IMG/VR virus record: IMGVR_UViG_3300042453_001086
Coordinates: 125,883 to 189,882 of that record
Strand: one strand, 5' to 3'
From: a virus
Length of the DNA stretch: 64,000 nt
This document shows positions 36,901 through 43,881 of the stretch, piece by piece; within the stretch, counting starts at the first letter, position 1, and every line of letters starts with the position of its first letter. Position numbers and translations under genes: made by a program. Under the pieces are notes generated by a model. The model searched no databases. It was not told the origin of the DNA and saw nothing but the letters and a program-made list of their open reading frames with translations.

Positions 36901-39900
36901 CTTCACTGGTTGCAAGAAGAATCTTTTGTTGATCAGATGCAGCAAAATCACCAGTTGCATAGTTAAATGGTTGTGTTCTTCTTCCAGGAGCGATTACATA
37001 ATACTTGGTATTTGTGCTAAATCCTTTTGGTAAACGAACTAAACGCTTATCTACATTAGATCCTGGTTTTGCTCTAGGAACAAGTCTTACTGGAGTTCCA
37101 GTTTCTAGATCATGTGGATTAGCAAGTAGATTGCTTCCTTGAATCTCTTGAAGAGTGAAAGCAGTAGCTCTCTGAGAAAGAAGAGTAGTATCTACTTCAG
37201 GTGCAGTTGCTGTAACTGCATTGATACCATTCTGAAGAATGGTCGAAATAATACCAAAATATGTGTTGAGCGCCTGGTAAATAGATGCACACTCACCGTC
37301 ACCACTGTAAACATAATCCTGTATAACCGTATTATCTACAGAAGGACCGATAGATGATGTCCATATTCCTTCTTCTAGTTGGAAGAAGACCTTAATCGCT
37401 GTACCAGCAACAGCAGTTTTTGTAGTTCCATAGTTTAATTTACTTCCCTTCACACCAAGTTCAATCTGTGTTGAGTTGACAATTTTCTTAATGTATGTTC
37501 CTTCAGGAATATAAGTTGTACTAATATTTGTTGATTTTGGAACTACTTTTCCGTCAACTAGTTCTTCATACTGATCATTATAGTTGGTGAGTTCATTTCC
37601 AGTATTGTTTCCTGTTGTAGATGGAATAGTATTGACTCCAACTACCTTCATACCCACAGCAAGTCCTCTAGTGGAAGGAACGGTAACGATAGATGAGTTT
37701 GCTGTATTAACAGTCATGTAGGTATTGTGATTTCTCATTGCAGAAATACACAAATCTCTTACATAGTTGTATGCATCTAAAGTTTCACTTAACTCACTTT
37801 CAATATAATCTAAAGTGTATCCATCATTCACACCATCATTATCTTGCGTAACACCAGTATAATATGCTTTAGCAGCATTTACGGTATTAACATTTCCACC
37901 CAGTCTTAAGTCAGCAACGATTGCTTCTACAATATAACCGATATCTCTCTTACACTTACTGTTGTCAGAAACTCTGGACCACAATCCTGGATTTGGAGTT
38001 GGAACAGATGCAAGACTTGCGGAAGAAATAGCAGTTGTTAAAATAGCACTTAATGTATCAATAGTAGTTCTAACGTTAGCACAATCATATAAACCGTTGT
38101 TTACTGTTGCGAGACCATCTAGATTTCCAGCTTGAAGAGTTGTGGTAACTAATCCAAATAGGTTATCGATTGTGCTCTTAACATCAGCACAAGAGTTTAC
38201 ACTGGTGTTAGAACCTGTTGCTGGGTCTGGTTTGATAGTTAAATCTTTTATATTTAACTGGTTATTGATTGCAAGTTTGCACTGCTCTCTAGCATTGTTA
38301 AACGCTGCAATAGTTTGAGTTACTTCACCTTGTACACCATTTGATAGTAGACTGTTGCCATTAAAATACTCTTTAATAGCAGCAATGGTGTATTCATTAC
38401 CACCAAAGTTTAGATCGTTTGCGACCGCAGAAACAACATAACCAATGTCACGCTTGCATTTAGTACCATTCGTATCTGAAGGAATAGAACTTACATAAGC
38501 AGCATCTACGATTTGTTGCTTGTTTGCAAAGATTAAATCACTTCCATTCTTTAACTTACCTGCAAGTGTTGTTCTGTTTGCTTGATCAATCGTTACCGTA
38601 GAAACATATGCAACACCAGTAGCAGGAGAAGCAGAAGGGGCAGACAGAGCAGTATATTGGAACTGAGTTGCACTGAATCCACTGGAAAGAACAGTAAAGT
38701 TACCATTATATGCGGATTGATTTAATCCAATAACACTGATCTTACCACCAACCGAAAGATTATGAGGAGAAGAACATGTCACAGTTACAGTAGTTCCACT
38801 AGAAGTAATCGTAGAAACTTGTAAAGAACTTGTAGATGAGAGCATGTTAGCGATAGCTAACTTACAAAGATCTCTAACACGATTAAAAGCAAATACCGAT
38901 TGTCTTTCTTCTCCAGACAAACCATTGCTTAATGGTAGACCAGCGCCATCAAAGTATGACTTAGTAGCTTCAACAATGTTAGCATTACCACCATCATATA
39001 AGTCATCAGCAATAGCGTCAACAACATATCCAAGATCTCTTCTGCACTTGGTTTCATTTGGATTCACAAAACCTGGGAATGCACTAACCATCTCACTGTA
39101 AGCAGTGTCGATGATTTCTTGTCTGTTTGCTTTGATTAAGTTAGATGCATCTCTGTATCTACCAGTATCAGCAGTGATATTTGGGTTTACATAAGAGATG
39201 TTTTGAAGGTATGGATACTTCTCAAGAATATATCCAAATGCTTCAGATTGAATAAATGTCTGGTTTGCTTCAATAAGATTAGCGGCATCCTGACGAAGAT
39301 TGTATTCTGTAGTGAAAGAAGCACCAGCAGGATTTAGAGTTGCTAAAGACGCAGCCCATCTCTTAAATCCAGATGGATTTAACACTGCATTCTTTTCTGT
39401 GGGACCAGATTCACCAGTCCCAGCATTAAGTTTTACTTTAATCTGTTCGTTTACTCTAGCACCGATTCTAAAACCGCCAACGCTTGCTGCTGGACGATTT
39501 TCTGGATCTTTGACGCTATCCCCACCAAGATAGATCTTTGTGGTATTTGTAGCATCATTTGTGAGATTAATATTGATAGGATAATATTGCAGTTTATCCT
39601 TATCAGATGTCTTCAACTGCTGTGGTGGAATAATATCAGTGATATATCCACCTTTGTCTTGGTTGAAGGAGAATCCTTTGTAACCAACCGAGTGCATCGA
39701 TGTGTTACCGAAGTTTGAGTTGGAGTTGGTGATAGACATATCACCGCCAGACTCAAGTAGGAAGTGGTCAGCAAAACCTACAGCGAAGATCGAAACGTTC
39801 TGAATGAAGGAGTCATCCGAAGCACGAACGTGGAAGTTTCTCCAATCATCCTTCCAGTATGCATCACCCTTAATGTGATAAGGAGTTGTAGCAAATGCAT

Positions 39901-41401
39901 CCGTTAGAGGTGCCTGGTTCCATGTGTTACTGAACTCATCGTAGCGAATGAACGCACGGTCGTCTCTCTGAAGCGAAACACCAGTGTACTGAGCGATAAC
40001 CATCGACTTGAAACCAGTCGCCTTACGACCATCAGCCCAGATACCACAAATACCCCAAGTCGAACGAATCGAACAGTTGAAGACGTATGGCGAAGCAGAT
40101 TCTACCGAGTCAACTTCTGCTTGAACGGTAGCAGTTTGGTTGAGGGGAAGAGCAGATGTTGAAGTATATGTTTCACCAGAAGTTAGGTTGAGACCTTGTG
40201 CTGTGAATGGAACACGATAGTAGAATATTTTAGGATCGTTGGTGCTGATATTGTATACAGCAAAAACACCATTTAATGCATCATTAAGATTGTTGTTGGT
40301 TACAGCAACGTACTGACCTGGGAAGAATCCATGATTAATCTTAGTTCTAACTTCAAGAGTAAGAATACCCGTGTCAGTCCCGCCTCCATCAATCAACTTA
40401 ATGCTGTCAATGAACACAGCATCAGATAGAGGTCCAACAATTCTGTTTTCTTGTACTCTGTAGTCAAACTCTCTACCACGGATTACAAGTCTAGTCCACT
40501 TGGTATCATCAGATTCTGGATCAATACCAGTGACAACTGCATTAGCAACAAATGCGTTACCGTTATAGATTACTCTGTCACCAGAGTTGTATGTTGTAGT
40601 ATTGCTCCATTGGATAGCGACAGGAACTTCAGATCCTTCTACATATACATCATCAATAGAATCTTGATAGTCACCAAAAGCTTTTGCAATCTTTCTGTAT
40701 AGTAGTCCTAGATCTTCTCTGTCAGCAAAAACAAAGTTGGTAATCTTGTGGTGTGAAAACTCAGGTACTGGACGGTTTGTTGTATCGTTTGGTTGTGTGT
40801 AAACGCGACCTACCGTACCGTCGTATAAAGGAGAGTTTGAAGAAAGATCACCGTCAAGAATAGTGAACTGCCAGAAATAGCAACCACCAGTTACGTTGAA
40901 CAGAGCACAACGAGGAACATCTTTATCAGCAGGATCGGGAACATATAGAGCACGTAGCTGAGTTCTACGAAGGTCTGTACCTACTAGTGAAGTACCTCTA
41001 GGAATAGTCGCACCACCGTCACGACCATTAAACTTGTAAAGAACGTTATCTGGATCTGAAAGATCAAAACTTACATCTTCATTTGTCTCCCACTGCTGTA
41101 GCGTTTCATTATATTGAAATGTAGGAATATCTTCTACGTCTGGAACACCAGGACGGTTATCAATATAGTGATTGCCAGGTGCCAGCATGATTGTAAACTG
41201 GTCAAACCTATCATTATCTACATTAGGTAGATACGAGAATCTAGCTACTTCTAAGAAAGCACGTTGAATGCTTACAAATGGTCTTAAGGGGGTGTTGCCT
41301 CTGTTATCTAGAGCATCTGATGCATTATAATCATCGGGAGAAACATAAAGATATTTACCAGTCTTACTTGAAAGTAGATTATCTAATCTCGTTAATGGCA
41401 T
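30914..41401 (-). CDS. giant (3495 aa) virion structural protein, probable fibre/baseplate appendage
   Basis: N-terminus MPLTRLDNLL..YVSPDD..PFVSIQRAFLE typical of cyanomyovirus structural proteins; helical KCxRDIGY repeats; fibre-like Thr/Gly-rich C-terminal third; late promoter upstream. Confidence 0.85.
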   Translation of the reverse strand: MPLTRLDNLLSSKTGKYLYVSPDDYNASDALDNRGNTPLRPFVSIQRAFLEVARFSYLPNVDNDRFDQFTIMLAPGNHYIDNRPGVPDVEDIPTFQYNETLQQWETNEDVSFDLSDPDNVLYKFNGRDGGATIPRGTSLVGTDLRRTQLRALYVPDPADKDVPRCALFNVTGGCYFWQFTILDGDLSSNSPLYDGTVGRVYTQPNDTTNRPVPEFSHHKITNFVFADREDLGLLYRKIAKAFGDYQDSIDDVYVEGSEVPVAIQWSNTTTYNSGDRVIYNGNAFVANAVVTGIDPESDDTKWTRLVIRGREFDYRVQENRIVGPLSDAVFIDSIKLIDGGGTDTGILTLEVRTKINHGFFPGQYVAVTNNNLNDALNGVFAVYNISTNDPKIFYYRVPFTAQGLNLTSGETYTSTSALPLNQTATVQAEVDSVESASPYVFNCSIRSTWGICGIWADGRKATGFKSMVIAQYTGVSLQRDDRAFIRYDEFSNTWNQAPLTDAFATTPYHIKGDAYWKDDWRNFHVRASDDSFIQNVSIFAVGFADHFLLESGGDMSITNSNSNFGNTSMHSVGYKGFSFNQDKGGYITDIIPPQQLKTSDKDKLQYYPININLTNDATNTTKIYLGGDSVKDPENRPAASVGGFRIGARVNEQIKVKLNAGTGESGPTEKNAVLNPSGFKRWAASLATLNPAGASFTTEYNLRQDAANLIEANQTFIQSEAFGYILEKYPYLQNISYVNPNITADTGRYRDASNLIKANRQEIIDTAYSEMVSAFPGFVNPNETKCRRDLGYVVDAIADDLYDGGNANIVEATKSYFDGAGLPLSNGLSGEERQSVFAFNRVRDLCKLAIANMLSSTSSLQVSTITSSGTTVTVTCSSPHNLSVGGKISVIGLNQSAYNGNFTVLSSGFSATQFQYTALSAPSASPATGVAYVSTVTIDQANRTTLAGKLKNGSDLIFANKQQIVDAAYVSSIPSDTNGTKCKRDIGYVVSAVANDLNFGGNEYTIAAIKEYFNGNSLLSNGVQGEVTQTIAAFNNAREQCKLAINNQLNIKDLTIKPDPATGSNTSVNSCADVKSTIDNLFGLVTTTLQAGNLDGLATVNNGLYDCANVRTTIDTLSAILTTAISSASLASVPTPNPGLWSRVSDNSKCKRDIGYIVEAIVADLRLGGNVNTVNAAKAYYTGVTQDNDGVNDGYTLDYIESELSETLDAYNYVRDLCISAMRNHNTYMTVNTANSSIVTVPSTRGLAVGMKVVGVNTIPSTTGNNTGNELTNYNDQYEELVDGKVVPKSTNISTTYIPEGTYIKKIVNSTQIELGVKGSKLNYGTTKTAVAGTAIKVFFQLEEGIWTSSIGPSVDNTVIQDYVYSGDGECASIYQALNTYFGIISTILQNGINAVTATAPEVDTTLLSQRATAFTLQEIQGSNLLANPHDLETGTPVRLVPRAKPGSNVDKRLVRLPKGFSTNTKYYVIAPGRRTQPFNYATGDFAASDQQKILLATSEENAAAGIYIYSPETENINENVIIDVYQYVLDVNYDLHQYKTTLFDSTTFLTESPHIFDIPVNDAGVTLQKVFFRTGSDLGANSTLPNPANTYIGLFNDTTEYYVRYLDDANGSSTAKKFKIYLTAQNAIANENPVEFFENSGTTFYTFASKKRSPMKFNPTVDTADTPKGRWYLNTVSDAGTGNLITRLKQSDYSDDAVGPNAKTSDSYYERVNDLRSKQDRVYRFRFVIPAYRGTTVRDPLNGFVFKIRTDSKRKLLPQKILLKPTGNASPFATFYALNSAGQQVNEKLGWTYSQLNAAGFDDTVYDPYLNPVKIQTNSKISANIQSARQRTINGVNYLELTVFDHDVDPAYKTTIFTTVKITSPQGGDGTFEASLTDLDEDNFIEWEGACSGSAYVHAYLKYENEYHLILKGVTGNSTLDFDPFVTTTFKQGSVSAIMMDEPDGGRTDKNRNLYAVEGANVYTLTPGDIVKDSTNVSYTIAEVTDIEDLEGTYYIFSVDTIRRRIPNQQDGVYYLTCVRGDIRPFPVGSGVGENFRNFRFSQPISKLYPEFYKNDPEWYRALDDTLKDPPATISAADNYIHGLVTVNDSKNSLTKETVLDFVQDSGSGVYSFTGDNTIQAQSGPASAGSETRKISISGDSQYPTERKVYIELRRPSIARSGNHTFEYLGFGPGNYSTGFPARQEIVLTDVQDFYAQAKREDAGIVFYTGLNSNGDLYIGNRKINAITGEETFLESAELVESEDSDEDIGTLVTTFEVPVTFKDIITVEGFDGTKPSVFTSPVYFNVRVLDDFGGPVDPAITVKTNIDPNNDDGYLNVTSLGQKTGDIKIQKNTIDLAKIRLYARGEQGYTFRAHITNKTPDQASPFGGDILQPSTQIIKFGSSNPISGDVLLKGSQTDVTGSAGWIFANTYTVLSKSGDSGITNPQIASIQGFGTGNVIRLNWNTTGSPAWTNTLLNINESTQVKITGAQAPIAALNGIWRVANTVGNPFSSSATYLDVTPSEGQQITVESQTYSINTTTQPNIKVSRSNTLWKEWGIIGTEAIRTETSNIGDYKLGVNTIARANHSAYDNAFISDETTPRANLDLVGTAFFSGKTLSVTPNNFLANSNPTNRTFNGVSNAFLIGGDSANPSNEATFRLSTATNRVGINVTNAELDRSLVIDGDGRVTGNFRFQADIEVNGGDITTTVTTGSFNFVEDTTFTGTLNIGSYASTVNFAARATTLNIANTTTSTQTINIGNAAVTQTINIGNVGTGTHDINIAAGAANLTFDVGNPSASATSSKITLGGAYNANESNSFLEVKTKSAKFWGDMQIGVNKLITDTVTLGTNAGSVNFFSTSGSASTISFGLNASELNIGGQGGTTTIRNSLTVDASILSKGNITLDGGTAAFSFNGTRASLGSTIASHTGFPTGAPLDKNIDLVTVLSGFNNTVDTAGAGPWGGTFFQNAIGTYTANDGSALVALTGNEYYLPLVSAPTYAEGDDILIDSTVASGVHPEIVKVAVGGLRRTTTAPYYIIVERQPYGTFLPQKTNHPDNTTTRKVNVALDATWLTANTDGAGTTDVFSLAEFGGSLASGDYIFVDRNSTGTSGEAVKIGTSTGATAQKLIITNGAGSTKFEVDSTTGATVVSDATSLGGLTVYGPLNFVGSCVSTGDARKFKLSNTTGETFSVDMCNGATTITQGTLTTNVSALSATATWNSSATTFTGIKLNVTNTSSNASSDLIDLQVGGTTRFDVKASTGDTYIFGDLTVNGNTIKSSSADALELSGANVEVKGDLTVTGNDIKSSGGTTVLTLNNNDATFADNLTVTGDLTVNGGDFVVNFNGTKRFAVNDSGSIDLGGIDEYFTSTGGRKWIFIQNDSNTQNAINNTSEENLRSNCNYFVQTSGSPNTQLILMLPGTSAVGSIPAAKSGDMIRIVDTGGKISNTCQLVIRARNSIKIMGDSTGSNIGMPSGQVYSSGGELIINTPNAGFGLIYCGPDSGASTTFQGWWLMEI

Positions 41402-41439
41402 TACTCAGTTACCTGTAACTATAGTGATTTCTTCTGAGT

Positions 41440-41447
41440 TATTTATA
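41440..41447 (-). promoter_or_regulatory. T4-type late promoter
   Basis: TATAAATA 39 nt upstream of the giant ORF. Confidence 0.8.
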
Positions 41448-41477
41448 AGAAAAAACCTCAAGGGGCACTTGAGGTTT
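41448..41477 (-). terminator. intrinsic terminator after the tRNA cluster
   Basis: AAACCTCAAG-TGCCC-CTTGAGGTTT followed by T run. Confidence 0.75.
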
Positions 41478-41498
41478 GTTGCTCTTCCTTCACACGGA

Positions 41499-41572
41499 AG
41501 CCCAAGGTCGGACTTGAACCGACGACCTACGGTTTACAAAACCGTTGCTCTATCCAGCTGAGCTACTCAGGC
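41499..41572 (-). tRNA. tRNA-Thr(TGT)
   Basis: Cloverleaf; anticodon arm ACGGT-TTTGTAA-ACCGT; GGTTCAAGTCC T-arm; CCA not encoded. Confidence 0.92.
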
Positions 41573-41573
41573 A

Positions 41574-41840
41574 TTATTCGTCTTTAGGAAGTAGTTCTGG
41601 ATTGTCTACTTCTATGTTAAACATTAAAGGGTGCATTTCTTCCATAACAAGATAGTTGCACCAGTTAAACATATCTTCGTCATCGTAATCACGATGAGAA
41701 AGAGCTTCTGATTGAACTGAAGGGTGGTCTTGTACTATTTGAGGAAGTTCATCAAATGTATATGGAAGACCTTGAACGAAATACATACGCACAACTTCGC
41801 CCATATAAAAGACGTATGCTTGCGATAATGTGTATTTCAT
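41574..41840 (-). CDS. conserved cyanophage hypothetical protein
   Basis: MYFVQGLPYTFDELP motif; CTAAATA late-type promoter upstream. Confidence 0.8.
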   Translation of the reverse strand: MKYTLSQAYVFYMGEVVRMYFVQGLPYTFDELPQIVQDHPSVQSEALSHRDYDDEDMFNWCNYLVMEEMHPLMFNIEVDNPELLPKDE

Positions 41841-41871
41841 AACATTCCCACTACAATATATTTAGTGAGAA

Positions 41872-41955
41872 TAGGGCGAGGGAGACTTGAACTCCCACGG
41901 GCATAAGCCCAGCAGATTTTAAGTCTGATGTGTCTACCGATTCCACCACCGCCCC
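41872..41955 (-). tRNA. tRNA-Leu(TAA)
   Basis: 84 nt with long variable arm; loop CT-TAA-AA; CCA not encoded. Confidence 0.92.
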
Positions 41956-41969
41956 GTGGTGATGACAGT

Positions 41970-41998
41970 ATTATAGCAGATGCTCAAGTGACTGTCAA
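41970..41998 (-). promoter_or_regulatory. consensus sigma70 promoter for tRNA-Leu
   Basis: TTGACA-17-TATAAT. Confidence 0.9.
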
Positions 41999-41999
41999 G

Positions 42000-42072
42000 T
42001 GCTGGTTGCGAGGATCGAACTCGCCTGTATCCGATTATGAGTCGGGTGCTTTCACCAGATAGCTAAACCAGC
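42000..42072 (-). tRNA. tRNA(CAT), probably Ile2 (lysidine type)
   Basis: CCCGA-CTCATAA-TCGGA anticodon arm resembles the Ile2 GACTCATAATC signature; CCA not encoded. Confidence 0.85.
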
Positions 42073-42073
42073 A

Positions 42074-42277
42074 TTAACGAACTAAAAAGTGTTTCGTTTT
42101 GAGAAGTTTAGCACATTGCTCTTTTAACTCAACCAACTCATTGATTGTAGCACACTTAAATGTGAGAGAGGTTCCTTCTGACCCAGTGATGAAGACCTTC
42201 TTATTATACAGGTCTATCGAGATGGTGTCAAGAGCTGTTTCTAAAGGATTTTGGAGATTCATAAGACCAGACCTCAA
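42074..42277 (-). CDS. hypothetical protein
   Basis: Promoter TTGACA-17-TATACT at 42292-42320 with an embedded CTAAATA. Confidence 0.65.
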   Translation of the reverse strand: MRSGLMNLQNPLETALDTISIDLYNKKVFITGSEGTSLTFKCATINELVELKEQCAKLLKTKHFLVR

Positions 42278-42325
42278 AGCGCCACATTGCTAGTATAGCG
42301 GTATTTAGGGGGTCTGTCAAGAGGG

Positions 42326-43870
42326 TCAGTTCAAGAAAATACCAGTTATATTTTTGATTGTTGTCTTATCTAAACCTATCTTGATATATTTGTCGATTGG
42401 TGGTACAGTAGGTGTTGGAGTAATAGACATTGTTACACCAGTTGCACTGAATACTGTAGTATCACCTTTTATAGAACCCACATATGTTCCAGGAAGTGTT
42501 AATCCTTTTATCAAAGCTGGTGTTGTTAAATCTGCTTTAATCGAAGCAGTATCTATAACAGATGCCAACATTGATTCATTGGTTGCCATTACAATGTTTC
42601 CAAGATTGGTAGTTAAGTCGATGTTTCCAGATGTTGCTCTAACTTTTAAACCTCCACCAACTGCGGTTGCTGGACTATGAATGTATACAACAGGTGGTGT
42701 TGCTTCAACGCTTTTAGCACCTAAAGCAGGTTTTACCAGATTTTTGTTTACAATGTAATATCCAGCACTCACGCCATTGATAATAGGTGCTGGACCGAGT
42801 GGTGGTGGCAATGGAACTAAGGATCTCATAACTTCGGTCATCTTTCTGCCACCAATCTCCTCAAGCATGTCCCCTTCAACTTTGATAGTCATGCTTCCCG
42901 CAGATTCTATGGCAAAGTTACCTTGTGGGTCATTCATAGCAATAATCTGTTCACCATCTACTCTTGCGTAGTTGGCTGCTTCTATTCCTTGTTTACTGAC
43001 ATATGTTTGTTTAAATGTGCCAGATTTCATTTCAATACTTCCACCCTGTTCATCTGGTGGTGCTTGTCCTTCTTTCGCTGCTTCTCCAGTTCCAGAACCA
43101 GCAAGAATCTTAATGTCAGAACCTTTCATTTCTAAAGAATCAGAAGCATCAATCAATATATTTTTTCCGCCCAGTCTCAAATCACCATTAGCACACTTGA
43201 TGTCCGCATTACCATTAATATACAGAGAGAATGCTGGACCAGCAGTTCCAGAAGTCCCACCCTTTCCATCTAATACTTTATTGTTATTACCAACTTCAAT
43301 AACCATGTACTCGCCAACTTTTATCTGACTTCCTCCATCGGCAAGTACATGAAACCCACCTGTCTGTGGATCATCTGATGGATTTTTTGTTCCTCTGATA
43401 TAAAAGCTTCCATCAGTATCAATCGTGAAACCAGCGCCAGAACTTGTCAAAACTTGATAAAAACTATCGCCCGTTTGACTATCATGCCCTTCTGTCTTTA
43501 CTATATTTCCGCCTTGACTTACTTCTGATTGAACTTTATCGACCGCAGCAAATGCTTTTCCCGCTTGAAAGTTTGCCTGTGCGGCGCTTTCTTCTGAAGA
43601 TGAACCACTACCCTGTAGTTCTGGTGGTATCCATGCCCCAATATCTTGAAGCACCCCCATAACTTCAGAACCAAAAGCATCAATACTAGATTGAATGTCT
43701 GATAAAGTTTCGCTTATTCCAGCAGTGAGATCTGCTGGATCGCCCAAATCAATAATATTAGAAGATGAGGAAGAAGTAGTACTACCACATCCATCATCTT
43801 GTACTGGAACCGCCAGACTAGACGCACCTGATTTTAGTTCTTCCTGTAACTCTAACCAACTTTTTGCCAT
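42326..43870 (-). CDS. gp5 C-terminal-like baseplate spike protein
   Basis: Follows gp5-N; beta-helix-like repetitive strands (IAMNDPQGNFAIESAGSMTIKVEGDM). Confidence 0.6.
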   Translation of the reverse strand: MAKSWLELQEELKSGASSLAVPVQDDGCGSTTSSSSSNIIDLGDPADLTAGISETLSDIQSSIDAFGSEVMGVLQDIGAWIPPELQGSGSSSEESAAQANFQAGKAFAAVDKVQSEVSQGGNIVKTEGHDSQTGDSFYQVLTSSGAGFTIDTDGSFYIRGTKNPSDDPQTGGFHVLADGGSQIKVGEYMVIEVGNNNKVLDGKGGTSGTAGPAFSLYINGNADIKCANGDLRLGGKNILIDASDSLEMKGSDIKILAGSGTGEAAKEGQAPPDEQGGSIEMKSGTFKQTYVSKQGIEAANYARVDGEQIIAMNDPQGNFAIESAGSMTIKVEGDMLEEIGGRKMTEVMRSLVPLPPPLGPAPIINGVSAGYYIVNKNLVKPALGAKSVEATPPVVYIHSPATAVGGGLKVRATSGNIDLTTNLGNIVMATNESMLASVIDTASIKADLTTPALIKGLTLPGTYVGSIKGDTTVFSATGVTMSITPTPTVPPIDKYIKIGLDKTTIKNITGIFLN

Positions 43871-43881
43871 TATAGTTTACC

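Noticed and set aside
30914-41401. Intein, intron or programmed frameshift in the giant ORF
   Set aside because: No C/S..HN-C/S/T splice motifs, homing endonuclease signature or break in the frame were seen
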